A DNA stretch of 64,000 bases, taken from Macrostomum hystrix (taxonomy: Eukaryota > Animalia > Platyhelminthes). A model generated the notes under the pieces. The model saw only the letters and a list, made by a program, of their open reading frames with translations. It made no database searches and had not been told where the DNA came from. The stretch spans positions 372,001-436,000 of the forward strand of contig CATNEN010000002.1 of NCBI GenBank assembly GCA_950097015.1, given 5' to 3'. Positions 11,788 through 24,492 of the stretch are shown here, piece after piece. Within the stretch, counting starts at the first letter, position 1, and each line of letters opens with the position of its first letter. Position numbers and translations under genes: made by a program.

Positions 11788-13197
11788 TACACATTTTCTT
11801 TATGAAGCTAACAGTGTCAAACTGAGCTATCATTTAACCAACATTATAAAGATTAGACTGCAAGCCTAACTACTATTAAAAGTTATGTATGTAGTAGAGC
11901 TCTTTCTTATAAAGTAAATTACTTATTTTTTCCACTGCAATATGCTAATAAATATTAATCAAAGTGGGGCAGGCCCATTTTTTTTGTATAAATCCAAAAC
12001 TAAATTGGCACCAAAAATATTTTATTTTCTATTTTTTCTTTATTTATTTTTTTTAATATTTATTTTTTATTTATCCACAAAATATACATAAAGTTAGTCT
12101 GCAGCAGCATAAATCACATTGCCATTATAATTTCCAGGACAGTTTCATGATAAATGTGTTATAAAAATGTTTAAAACATTAAATTTCTATCAGCGCTAGG
12201 TCGAAGCAACCAAATAAGATAAACCATAGTAATGACAATAAGTAAACATTGCTTTATATGAATATTAGTTTCATCAGGACAAACTTAACTACGTAACATA
12301 ATAGAAAAAACGACATTAGAAAACTAAACGTTTCAATAGAAGAAAACTAAGTAAAACGGAAAAAGGTTTTTCAAAATATTCTCGATGGGGACGAATAGTT
12401 AATTACGTTGCTTTTGCCTTTTACTAGTTCCGACAATGTCTGAAGACAGCTAATCAACTTCAAGTAGGCCTAGTACAATCATTCGGAGAAATTAAAAACA
12501 ATTCATTTTAAGAAACCATAACAACATGGCACATTTTTTAAAGATTTTTAAGCTTAAAAAGTTTTTTTAACAAGTTAAGATCTACATCATACTCAAGATG
12601 TGTTTTTTACATAATGCAAAAAGTATTTTCTTAGGTTTTGCTTTATTTGTTTATTTTGTTCAATCAAAAGCTTTTTAAGTTCCCTCTTGCACTCGTTTAA
12701 AATAATAGGCTACCTGTTGTTCGCGTGTGCTGTGTACTGTCCAGTGTTTAAAAATTGGTTTCATTATTCTAGTGACGTACGCACTAGTAAGAACTACTTT
12801 GACGTACTAGTACGTACGTCACAGTAAAATTCTCGCAATCTTTATTGGCCAAACACGCGTGTTGCCTGAGCCAATCTAGGACGACGAATACCAGCTATTC
12901 TAGATAAAAGACTTCCCTGATATCACACTAGGCCTAGTTCTTTTATTTTGATACGTTCACTTCAGACAGGTTTAGAAAACTTAAAATTTTTGTGAAATGA
13001 CCCTTCGTTACCATTGCCCTAATCAAAGCCATTGGCATTAATGTATTTTACAGTGCCATACTCCCAGCACCTTTAGTCTTCCAAATTCCTATAAATATAC
13101 ATTTTAGACTCAACCTACAACTTTCAAAGATAAATACAGAGTGTTGTGAATATAGTTCGTACAAAATTACTTGTTTTATAAAGCACATGTAATAAAT

Positions 13198-13669
13198 GGT
13201 CCCAGGTCATTTCGGTGACAAGACATTTCGGTGACAGTCATTTTGGTGACAGAATTGGTCAGTTCGGTGACAACTATTTTTGTACCTAAATATGCTGAGA
13301 AAACAGCCTTCCACGATCCAGCAGCTGCTTAAAGCCTACACTTGCCTTGTCAATCCAAAACTTGAAAAATGATTATTATACACATTTAATTAGCAACGAA
13401 TAACTATTGAAACTATTGACTACTCATTAAATAATTTAATAATTTAACTCATTTAAAGTAAAACCCAGACTTAATCAGAGCGATGCAGCTTCTTATTAGT
13501 ACTTATAGCATTGTTTAATTAATACTTTATAAGTGTGCATAGTTAAAATGGAAGGCTGTTTTTTAGCATATTTAGGTGCAAAAATAGTTGTCACCAATTT
13601 GACTAGGCCTAATTATGTCACCGAAATGACTGTCACCGAAATGTCTTGTCACCGAAATGACCTGGGACC
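13198..13669. mobile_element. 472-bp MITE with ~120-bp TIRs containing TTCGGTGACA sub-repeats
   Basis: GGTCCCAGGTCATTTCGGTGACA...TGTCACCGAAATGACCTGGGACC, with an exact 8-bp TSD TAATAAAT (13190-13197, 13670-13677). Superfamily uncertain (Merlin, hAT and P all give 8-bp TSDs). Confidence 0.9.
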
Positions 13670-14748
13670 TAATAAATAGTACTGTAGTTCATAAATTAAT
13701 TTTATCATTTTCTACTTAGTTGAATTTGTACTTTTATACCTTTTTATGTGTTGCTATTATTATGTCCTTATTTAAAATTTCTGTCAGCAAGTCTTTGAGA
13801 ATATGCTATATAAGCAAGCTAACATTCTTGCTAGCTGGTATAGGACCCAAGTTCTAAGTGAGAAAGGGACTTTTTCTAAGAAATTATTTTCCACAAAAAT
13901 AAATATGCCACATTGTTTGAATGCAACACTTGTTTTAATGCCCCACTTTTGTTTTAATACACTGATGCACTCATAAAAGTTTTACTGAAGTGGAGAAACT
14001 TGAGGAGGGACGCGAAGAACAGGTATAAATAAACATGTGAGAGGGAGTAAAAAGTCAATGTTTTTGTCTTGTGAGAACAACGATCAGAATAAGAAATTTT
14101 TAAAGAGTGTATAACATTTGCCTTAAGGTTATTTCAAGAGACATTGAGAAAGAGAAGTGAATAATTAAAGTGAAAGGAGGGTTGTAACCCTAGATCCACT
14201 GGTAAGCCCAAGCAGGGACAACTAGATTACTATATACTGGGACTGTGCAGTGGCCTAGTGTGGAAAATAATGACTAGGCTGCTTCACAAATCAACTTTGA
14301 TCAGGGACAATAGATGATGAAAATTATTTTAGGCCACCACTGCCTCATTATATTTGGTGTATTTAGATAAAAAATACGAGGCAAAATGTTAATGCTTGCA
14401 AGGCAACACATCAAACACAATGAACATAGTCAAGTTGCTATAGTAGAATACAAAAAATAGTCGCTAACAAGTGTATATGTATAGATCACTTAAGACATTT
14501 GTGAAAATGCCATTACACTTGATTATTGAGACCATTAAATTTACATATGAAACTGGAGCACATTCGAGTAGTAATTGCATTTCACATTTCAGTGACATTC
14601 AATATTGCAGAAAATCATGGAGCAAAACCCATCCTCTGCTTCTTTACTTAAGTACCCAGGGTTTTAAAACTGCTTGACAAGGCCACTGAAGAAATTATTG
14701 GCCAGTACAGACTTCACAGGTGTACAAGAACAATTACACAAATTACTG

Positions 14749-15620
14749 TCATAAAAATGCTAGAAAGCTCGAATCATCTTGCTCAATCAACAATTTGGTA
14801 CTCAGCGCGGTGCTTGCTCCCCAGATGCCGCAGCCATGGTCGGCGATGGCACAGATGGTCGCTAGGAAGGCAGTGCAAAGGACATTCTGGGAGGTGCTGG
14901 CCTCCCTGCTCGCGAGGCTAGCCAGGGCTTGGCGGCGTTGGCTCATGCGCTTATGTACGTCAGCAGCATGGGCCGTTAAGTTGAGTTGGCCATTGAGACC
15001 CAAGCCAAGGAACCTAGGATTCGGGTTGAAGTTGAGAGGCTCATTGCCAAGCTGGAATGGGACCCGGACCTTCCCATTGACCTCATTCGGAGTGAGGGTA
15101 AATGTACAGTAGCAGCACTTGTTGATACTTAACTTGATCTTCCAGCGTGAGCACCAGGTGGTCATCGCATCCAGGACTGGTTGGAGGACCTCCCCACATC
15201 AGGGATGATTGTGTGGCCGGAAATGCCAAATCGTCCACGTAGAGGATTATCCCGCAGCTGGGAGATGCTTCGATAATGTCTGTGGCAACCAGGTGCTGAG
15301 CCATTTGAGCATCTCATTGTGGATGGCGTCAAGACCAGAGCTCTTGTCTGATTTTAGGCAACAGATGGCGGCGTGAAGTTCAGCCATGGAGAAAGAGACA
15401 GCGGTGGTTGCCGGGTTCTTGCGGGCAGTCTTAGCGACATCCCGGACAGGAGCATCCGTCTTGTGGCGGCGCACTCTAGCAATGGAGGCATAGTGCTGGG
15501 AAAAGGTGTCCGCCTTTTCTTTGTCAGTACGGGCTGGGCGAAGGTCCGACCCATCCTGCAGCCTGTTGAACCGGTTTTCATCAGCTAAGATGAGAATCCA
15601 GGCCAGTCTCGCGATGATTT
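14749..15620 (-). pseudogene. Degraded non-LTR retrotransposon (LINE) reverse-transcriptase fragment, frameshifted and internally deleted
   Basis: KEKADTFSQHY...FSMAELHAAICCLKSDKSSGLDAIHNEMLKWL (RT domain 0/1), YVDDLA (catalytic motif), and WCSRWKIKLSINKC...PRFLGLGLNGQLNLTAH...YGC-like IWG (thumb), spread over three frames. Domains between EMLK and YxDD are missing. Confidence 0.9.
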
Positions 15621-16774
15621 CGCGAATTCGCATGTAGTGGCAAAACAAGTGAACTTCACTGAGTACAGTAACCGAAATAAGCATTACCGAATTCACACTT
15701 CATTGAAGCCATTTAAGTATTGCGTTTTTTAGCCTTTGAATCGGTCTTTGATTCAAATCTTATTGTAGCTAATAAAGAATAAATTTCTGTTGAGACTAGA
15801 AAATGTTTGTGCTAGATAGTGCAAGGCCAGAAACTATCAAAGTACATAAGTAGAGTTCCAGTCCCATTTATGATTTTACGATAGGTTAATGCCACCAAAT
15901 CCTCCCCTGACACTGACAGAAACTATGACTGCTCTGAAAACTATGAAGCTAATGCTAATGCTTGGCCAGACGTCAACTGGTGGGCTTTACGAACTCCGCC
16001 TGCTTATGTGTCCGTTGCACATGGGCAGCTGGTCCATGCGAACAAGACGAGGTAGCACTAGCTCTTAGTGAGGCATTGCAATCCACTGTAGACGAGTGTC
16101 TTCGTGGTGTTTTGAAGGGCAGTTGCAGGCCTCTTCCGTACAGTGTAGGCTACACACACGTACGCCTCGTGAACGGATTCTAAGCAGGTCCTCATCAAGA
16201 TCCAGTAGCTGCTGCCAGCGCTTCGCTACTAGGAAACCTGTGCATACACTAGATTTCCATTTTATGGGTGGCGATATTCAGTTAGCTCTCACAGCTGGCA
16301 CAACAGTGTTTTGAATCAATGATCATGGTTGGTCGATTCTATATTTTTAAGGCACTATCTGGTCGTGTTTTTGCTCGTAAATAAACGGCCTTCCACTTTA
16401 GGCTCGCTCACACTGCCATCAAATGAGGCAATGAGGCCAAATTTCGTGTGTTCACACGAAGCTTCCATTCTTATTTTGCAAATCGCATCTGCGTGTCATG
16501 CTATCTTTTTGATTTTTTTCAAATCAGTTAGTTGCTACTAAAAAACTTCTGTACAAAAGATCAGCAATTATTTGTGCCAGGCAAGAAACCATCGATATGC
16601 ATATGTAGAGCTCCAGTCCTATTTATAGTGCACCACAGGTCTAGGCCACCAAAAACCTCCACGGCCACTGACAGATAGCAATGACTGCTTTGACTTTTGT
16701 TTATCGATGTTTAACAGTTTTATTGTATTCAAGCATTGTTCTGCAGCCATTCCCTTGTCCTTTATTTTCAGCGC

Positions 16775-17884
16775 ATGTCAGCTTTCGAAAGCTTCGCTCA
16801 GCAGTCAGCGAGCTGCCCCGTGTGCGGTGTGCGGTTCCGCTTGTCTCTACTGTCGGATTACCTGCAACACACAGAGACTCACGGACTGCAGCCTGGTGAA
16901 CCGGCTGTCATCAGCTCGGACAAGACGACATGCCAGAAAGATTCGTCTCGCAATGAACCGAAGTCGTCTTTGCGGGTGAAGCGACACAGGCGCGTTCGTT
17001 GCAGCAAGTTGTTGCAAAAAATGTCTTCGTTGCCAAGGCGCAATTGTGTTGACATCAATAAGAACACGTCTAAATGTGTATTTTCGCACCCGCAAGCTCA
17101 TTCTAGAGAAATTTATTTGGCAAGTAGTTTGGGGCAGACATCAAGTCAGTCGGACGTTCGCATTAACCGGTTAAAAAAGCTGTCAGCAAAGCCTCCAAAG
17201 CACAGGTGTACGCATTGCGGCAAGTTATTTCTCTCGAAGATTGATCTTCTCGCGCATGTTCAAATTCATCAAAGCCAGAATCCGTTTAAGTGTAATGTGT
17301 GCGAGCAGCGATTCAACACAAAATATCGTCTTACTTTGCATTTTCGAGTTCACACTGGCGACAAGCCGTTTGAGTGTTCCGTATGTAAGCGGTGCTTCTC
17401 TCGGTCCAGTAACCTGATACGGCATTACCGAATCCACACTGGAGAGAAGCCGTTCGAGTGTTCTGTGTGCAAGTGGTGCTTCTCCGTGTCAAATCACCTG
17501 AAGCAGCATTTCCGAATCCACACTGGCGAGAAGCCGTTCGAGTGTTCTGTGTGCAAGCGGTCCTTCTCTCAGTCCAGTCACCTGAAGCAGCATTTCCGAA
17601 TCCACACTGGAGAGAAGCCGTTCGAGTGTTCTGTGTGCAAGCGGTCCTTCTCTCGGTCCAGTCACCTGAAGCAGCATTTCCGAATCCACACTGGAGAGAA
17701 GCCGTTCGAGTGTTCTGTGTGCAAGCGGTCCTTCTCTCGGTCCAGTCACCTGAAGCAGCATTTCCGAATCCACACTGACGAGAAGCCGTTCGAGTGTTCT
17801 GTGTGCCTGCAGCGCTTCAGACGCAAAGGCCATCTGAACAGGCATTCACGAGTGCACACTGGCTCTCTGATTCCTGGTCTTTGA
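16775..17884 (+). CDS. C2H2 zinc-finger protein (1 N-terminal finger plus 8 tandem TGEKP-linked fingers)
   Basis: Intact ORF with canonical C-X2-C-X12-H-X3-H fingers. The ATG at 16775 follows the acceptor TTTTCAG, so an upstream exon is possible. Confidence 0.93.
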   Translation: MSAFESFAQQSASCPVCGVRFRLSLLSDYLQHTETHGLQPGEPAVISSDKTTCQKDSSRNEPKSSLRVKRHRRVRCSKLLQKMSSLPRRNCVDINKNTSKCVFSHPQAHSREIYLASSLGQTSSQSDVRINRLKKLSAKPPKHRCTHCGKLFLSKIDLLAHVQIHQSQNPFKCNVCEQRFNTKYRLTLHFRVHTGDKPFECSVCKRCFSRSSNLIRHYRIHTGEKPFECSVCKWCFSVSNHLKQHFRIHTGEKPFECSVCKRSFSQSSHLKQHFRIHTGEKPFECSVCKRSFSRSSHLKQHFRIHTGEKPFECSVCKRSFSRSSHLKQHFRIHTDEKPFECSVCLQRFRRKGHLNRHSRVHTGSLIPGL

Positions 17885-18136
17885 AAAGCATCATAGAGTT
17901 ACGCTGGCTAGATGCAGTTGGAGTTCTATGTGTGCAATCAGTGCTTTTCGGCTCGACTTAACTAGAAAGTCACACCTAGAAAGTCAAAGCTTTCGAGAAG
18001 GTTTATCATTTATTGAAAACTTTTTATTTACCATCGCTTGTAATAATTTAACTCCAGTGAGGCAAATAACTTCATCCGTCTAAGGCGAGCACTTGCAGTA
18101 GGACTTGCTGAACGGTAACAATCTAGTTTCCGCTAC

Positions 18137-18400
18137 TCATCTGGAGATAAACACGAAATTCTGCTTCGAGCGTATCTCTGCAGTGTAGAAGTCACCAAGC
18201 AAAATGTAGGTGATCCGCCGGTCAGACAGTTGGTTGTCGCACATTTCAACGATTCGATGCAAATAATTTAATAGCGCTGATCTGGTTTCCGGTGTCAATG
18301 AGTGGGGGCAGGCAAGCCCTTTTTCACGTGTTGCATCGATTGAAGATGCTAGCAAACACAATAATTTGATGTTTTTATCCTGTACTGAATAAATAAGTAG
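18137..18400 (-). pseudogene. Possible APE/EEP endonuclease fragment of a LINE
   Basis: NIKLLCLLASS...SALLNYLHRIVEMCD...YILLGDFY parallels the IINVYAP...F..L..L...IILGDFN segment of non-LTR endonucleases. Weak. Confidence 0.4.
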
Positions 18401-20683
18401 CATGAAAGTCACCATTTTTGCGATCGACAATCTTCTAGTTTTAAAATATTCTAAATCAAAACTGACAACCTTCTCATTGAAAACTTAAAGAGCAAGACTC
18501 ACACGCGTTGGCTGTATGCTTTGGTGCACTGATATTATCCATTTAGTTCAGGCCGCCATTTCTGATTTGTCTATTTCAGCTACCCTTCGTTGTTTGTTCA
18601 ACGGGTTACGAATACCTTAACCACTTGCAATGAAAAAAAACAGATTTCTCTAACATTTGAAGTTTTTCCTTTGCGTTTTTTGATATTCGTATATTCTTAT
18701 GTTCGATTGATATGGACAAAGCCACTTAATTTGTGTGACAGCTTATCAGCTTGACTAATGACCATTTACTGCAATTAGCAGCGACTGAGACAATGTTATA
18801 GTATTAATTTTTTTTGTTAGAACATTGCTGTTTACTGCTCGTATCCCTGTAATATTTGTAACATTTGTACGCATTTTCTTTGTACCTTTTTTTCTGCTGC
18901 CCGAGCTGTTGCTGATGACGCGTTCGGTAACTTATTTCTAAATCAGTATAAAAATAGGCTATAGCTTGGTGCTTTTTATTTAAACGTATGTCACTTTTAA
19001 ATAAAGTAATTAAAATATTGATGCTATGTACTTTGCTTCTATGATCCATATTTTACTTATCATTCGTACAGTTTGTCTACGTGTCTCAACTACTATTGAT
19101 TGAATGATTTTGACTAAAGCCTGAGCTCGAAACACAATGTGACCTCAATGATCATTAATATATGCGAGAGTCACTTTCGAGTTTTCGCTGTTAGCACCAG
19201 AGCTCGAACAACTATAAATTGTACTATACTCAATTTGTAATCGATATCGAGCATCAGCGCGTTTAAATAGACGCCCGCTTCGACTTTACAAATTAACGAG
19301 GGCTGTTTTCCAAAAACATCCCGAATATAAAATGCAAGAGTTTCGCATATTTATCGAAATTCCGTGTTACAGAATTCGAGCTTCTATGAAAGTAAATCGT
19401 GAAAGCAAACGTATAAATTGTAACTATAGCTTATTGTTACTACATGTCAGTGTTACTTTGCAGGTCCTGTGATGTATGTCTAATTGTTAGTTTTGCAATT
19501 CTATAGTATTTGGACTTATATTTCAAGCCGCTGAAAGTATTCATTAATAGAAAATGACAATAATTTATAATAAATTATAATGTAACTGTAACACGGTAAC
19601 ATGTTATCGCAGGATAAATATGCGAAACTTTTGCATGTTATATTCGGGATGTTTTTGGAAAACAGAGCTAGGTGTTTAAACATTCGAGTTACGAAAAGGC
19701 TGTCAATTTGAGTAGGTAAACTCAAATTCAGTCCAGCGGCAGTCAAAATTGTGGAAGTCAACAGCTGGTAACCCAGTATATACAATTTACTTAATATTGT
19801 AAATTGTATGCAGTTACTAGCTGCCAGTTAGCTAGCTTAGCTAGTAAGTATTATTACTAACAGCTAGTCATAAGCAATATCCGGTAGTTTAAGAATGGTT
19901 TGCGTTTGCTGTTGGAGTAAAATATTTCTGGCTGACTTCGCTGGGTGCATCAGCTAGAGTTTTAACCGGATTAAAAAATGCGATCGGAAATCCGTCATAT
20001 AAATTTTTTTTAAAACTATTTAACACAACCCACATTGGATTTCGCAGTATTTTTTGGTCTAGATGCACGATTAACGCGAAAAGTTTGCGTTGGGAGAAGT
20101 TTAGTTTAATAGAAAAGTCTATTGCCTACAATACAATAATACAATAAATACATGCAATGGCCACCGGCCACAAGTGGTCAGGAAAGGGGGACATTGTCAA
20201 AAAGCACGCTTAGCTGCGCAGTCTCTGATGAAGGTAGCGCCATTGATCTGATCAGGCGCCCTGGCGTCTTCTGTCAGACAGTCGACGAACCTCCGGGTCC
20301 GCGCCTGCCCCCGCCGGAACGGGCCGGCCCTGCTGCGTGTACAGAAGACCTACAAAATATGCCTATAAGGCATAGATCTAAGTGGTTCATTCATTAGCAT
20401 GACTAATGTCATATTACCATCAGCACACTATGTAGGGGGACCAGCACGAGAGACTTCGTTCTTGGAAAAAATTAAAGGCAGATTTTCACGAAAAAGGCAC
20501 TAGCGAGATTTATGTTTTTACGTTTTTTACAATAAAATGTTAATAATTTCTTTGGAAGCAGATCCAATGCTGCTCTTTTAACATGGCTTGCACAGCATGT
20601 TGCTTCAACGAATTTTAAAAAGCTTCATACATAAATCATGGATATTATTTTCTTTCCTGTTCGTTTATTTATTTACGTGGTGT

Positions 20684-21760
20684 ATGTATGGGTTCCCCGA
20701 CAGACATTTTCCGACAGACATTTTTCACTTTAAGCGAAAATTAAAACAAAAACACGAACTCTCGAACCAGAGTGTATGTCCGACTCTGACGCCGAGCTAT
20801 GCTTTAAAAAATGTGCGGCACGAATAGTTTCGTCAATGATTTGCTACTGAAAAAAGTTTTAAAGTGTGTTCTGACGGCTTTTTCAGATCCTATTTCTGCC
20901 TCTGCTACACAATGGCATGGGTCAATTATTTCACCAGATACTGCTACAACTGCTTGACGCATGTCCCTGCTACACAATGACACCTCAGACACACAAATTA
21001 GTACGTCAAGTACTTTTTCAGATCTTCTCATTTAAAGTGTACTTTCTTTGCTTCTTTGCGGCTTTCGTCATACCATTGACATTAAACAAATGAGAGCTGT
21101 GACCGTATACTTGATCCATGTGACATCAAATTTTACACACATATTTACGTATGTCCCTGCTACACAATGACACCTCATACACACGAATTAGTCAAATACT
21201 TTTTCAGATATTCTCGCATATTCTCGCAAAGATCATCTCGCATTCGATTTCAATTCCCGTACCTGATGAAATTGTAGTCGAAGAGATATTTTTTAAAAGA
21301 GCAAGCATCAAAGCTATAAATTAAAAAATATCGGACAATATTTATACTTTATCAAAACCTCGTCTGAATGAAGCGTCTGGTTTGACGAAAGCCGCAAAGA
21401 AGCAGAGAAAGCACACTTTAAATGAGAATATCTGAAAAAGTACTTGACTAATTTGTGTGTCTGAGGTGTCATTGTGTAGCAGGGACATGCGTCAAGCAGT
21501 TGTAGTAGTATCTGGTGAAATAATTGACCCATGCCTATAGGTGAGGCAGAAATAGGATCATAAGAGATAAGACGCATCTGAAAAAGCCGTCAGAACACAC
21601 TTTAAAAGTTTCTTCAGTAGCAAATCATTGACGAAACTATTCGTCCCGCACATTTTTTAAGCATAGCTCGGCGTCAGAGTCGGACATACACTCTGGTTCG
21701 AGAGTTCGTGTTTTTGTTTTAATTTTCGCTTAAAGTGAAAAATCTGTCGGAACCCATACA
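20684..21760. mobile_element. ~1.08-kb fold-back element with ~350-bp TIRs (MULE-like MITE)
   Basis: Long inverted repeats (~20685-21050 vs ~21390-21760) and a 10-bp TSD TACGTGGTGT (20674-20683, 21761-21770). Confidence 0.88.
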
Positions 21761-22287
21761 TACGTGGTGTCGAGTTTTTTTCGATGTTTTTATTTGTGAC
21801 TTATAGGCCTTCGGGAACCGATATGCATCAAAAGGTTCCGTAACGCCTAGCACCGAAAGGCACAGTCATCGAAAAGCACAGGCACCGAATTTTTTGTGTG
21901 GCTTTAGGTTGATATAGGCGCATGGCATGATCCTAAGTATTGTAGCATAGAACCATGTGGCATGGTATGGGGTAAACATTTCTTCATCAGCTTTTTATTA
22001 AAATGTACTTGTACACAAGTTGTACATAGATACATGAACAGTTAGGCCTATAGATCAGCCAATACAATAGTAAAGTCCAAGCAGTAGAGCATCAAATTAG
22101 GCCTAGTCTAGCTAGGGGGCCTTAACTAAAATATAGTCATATAGAATGTATATCTATTATCTTATCCATGAGGTCCATGCCAATGTAATAAGTTAGCTAG
22201 TAATTGTATAGGCCTAAGCTATTATACTTAATTACTAGGGCCTAGGGCCTAACTGTAGCAATATATATCTAATATATATTTAAATTA

Positions 22288-22691
22288 GGCAGTTGTTATT
22301 TGTCCGGTTAACCGGACAAATAGCCGTTTGATTATTTGTCCAGTTAATCGAGGTTGTAGGGGTTGTAGTGCTACCACGAGAACCTCTATCATTTGTAAGA
22401 TAAAATAATTAACAAGCTGCAAAAGGACAGTCATTCAGATTTGAAGTTTGTGTCTCAAATTATTTTCGCTTATCACAATATCAGCTAATTAAAAAAATTA
22501 AAACCTTTTCCAGAAATTCGGTTGTTTCAGGGACTAACTTAGTTCAAGGGTATAGTTTGGTCTTTGTGAGGTCAAGACTCAAGATGGCTATTAGCAGGGC
22601 AAGAGTGGTCTTTGGGAGGATCGTTGCTCCTGCTCATTGAAAGGGGAGAAATTAAGTCCTTGGGTGGTTAACTGGACAAATAACAACTACC
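22288..22691. mobile_element. 404-bp MITE with GG termini (Merlin- or MULE-like)
   Basis: TIRs GGCAGTTGTTATTTGTCC / GGACAAATAACAACTACC and an exact 9-bp TSD TTTAAATTA (22279-22287, 22692-22700). Confidence 0.88.
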
Positions 22692-23017
22692 TTTAAATTA
22701 TTAAATTGAAGTATTAAACTTAAATAGGCCTAGTGTTAGGCTTGTTTATAATGATTGAATTTTGGTTTTATAATACATTGTTATAAAAAGTATCTAATCA
22801 TGTTCTTAATGTGAGCAAGCATCTAGGATAAGGAAAAAACTTATAAGTGTTTTTCAAAATGTTCATATTAGGCTCCTAGAGGCTAGAGCATTCAAACATA
22901 TTAATTATAAGTAAGAGAACACCTAAAATCTTGTTACATGTTTTATTGTTATATTTTCTATATTAGAAGCATGGCAAAAAGCTCATGATTGAATAAAGTG
23001 GTTGTGGTTTAGTCGTT

Positions 23018-24492
23018 GGAAGTGATGGCGATTTTCCTCTTTCGTTCGTTAAATTATTTTTTCGATTTGAATCAGTGCGTAGACGCGAAAAAGTGACGTG
23101 GCAGCATTTGAAATTGTGCCTATTGAAAAAATGATGTGGCAGTAGTGGAAAGGACATGGGGTTGCTGCTGACACATGTCTATGGCACTACTCACCTTACC
23201 TACTCGGTTCGTGGCGGAGTATAGGCAGCAGCTTGCACTCGCTCCTTGCTCCCCTTCCCACTCTTGCATGAGCTTTGACTTATCGCATTGAGGCTTCACT
23301 CGTCAATCCGCAGGATCCCACTGTGCATACGAACCTGATTGAAGGCACGTGGGGCAACTGCAAAGCGAAGTTCCGCACCATGCACGGAACAAGCAAGGCG
23401 CTATTCGAGTCACATCTGAAGGAATTTATGTGGCGTAAGATGTACCCACAGAACGTGTTCGGAAACATTCTCTTTTGGATTGCGCACTATTACCCCCTGT
23501 GAACTGTGAACTGCTGGGGCTCCAGTTGAACCATATTGGACTTTGTGAGACTCTCTGTATGCCAGAGCAAGCTACGGGACGCAGTGCCCTATTGTTGTCG
23601 TTTACTGTCATTACATGTCGTTTACCATTACCATTTGTCTTTAGTTAAACAACTCCATCCAACTTTCCGAGAAAAATTTAAGTCCCAGCATCCCATTACT
23701 GTCGTTTTCTGACATTACTCAATAGTCACAACTTGTTTCTGTCACAAAAATAATTTAACGAACGAAAGAGGAAAATCGCCGAAGTGCTTATTCCCATGGT
23801 CCCGTGCCGATAATTTCAATTTTATCCACACGGATCTGTGCCGATAATTTTCTGCTTATCCACACGTTCAGCTTGTATGAATAGGTCTACTTTTAAGTCC
23901 CTACCTATTCTTTTTTGAGCATAAGGCTTTTCCTTCAGAGTATAGTGTATAGTGTACACTATATCTATATCTATTCTATTCTATAGTGTATTCTATATCA
24001 ATGCATAGTGTACAATAATAACAATGATGTATAATATATATGACGAGTTTGGTGCTGACTAGAATTCTGCTGTTTGACTCATATAATTTTTCTTTGATAG
24101 ACTTTTTACTTTTTAAGTCAATACAACTCAATTGAAAACACGTAACAATGACAACAGATTTAGTGAGTTGTTATTAAAATAATTAAAAAGGATGACATTA
24201 ATGTTGGTTAATGAATGTGTAGGTCGAAATGTAGAACACTGTCGTAACACACTGGCAACTTTTTCGATCTATTGGCTCGATGGTTCAACAAAATGTTCAA
24301 ACCTGAAAGGGCCTTGTTTCAAAGAACAGAACCGTGTGGATAATATTGAAATTAACGGCACGGCATATTTATATAAAGAGTTTTAGACCTATTCATACAA
24401 GCTGCCATGTGGATAAGCAGAAAATTATTGGCATGGCTCTGTGTGGATAAAATTGAAATTAACGGCACGGGACCGTGGGAATAAGCTCTGCC
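23018..24492. mobile_element. Outer TIR element hosting the Merlin insertion in its left TIR
   Basis: ~100-bp inverted repeats (23786-23880 vs ~24385-24492). Removing the inner element restores the left end GGAAGTGCTTATTCCC against the right end GGCAGAGCTTATTCCC. 9-bp TSD TTAGTCGTT/TTAGTGGTT. Confidence 0.8.
23027..23780 (+). mobile_element. Merlin (IS1595/ISXO2-like) transposon deletion derivative carrying the transposase C-terminus (23275-23502)
   Basis: Perfect 35-bp TIRs (23027-23061, 23746-23780) and an 8-bp TSD GAAGTGAT/GAAGTGCT. The peptide VHTNLIEGTWGNCKAKFRTMHGTSKALFESHLKEFMWR matches the Merlin/IS1595 HTNxIEGxW...HG...YLxEFxWR signature. Confidence 0.9.

Noticed and set aside
19200-19790. 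Partial inverted repeat (~19300-19355 vs ~19612-19668)
   Set aside because: Ends and TSD are not definable. It is probably an old TE relic and is too degraded to call.
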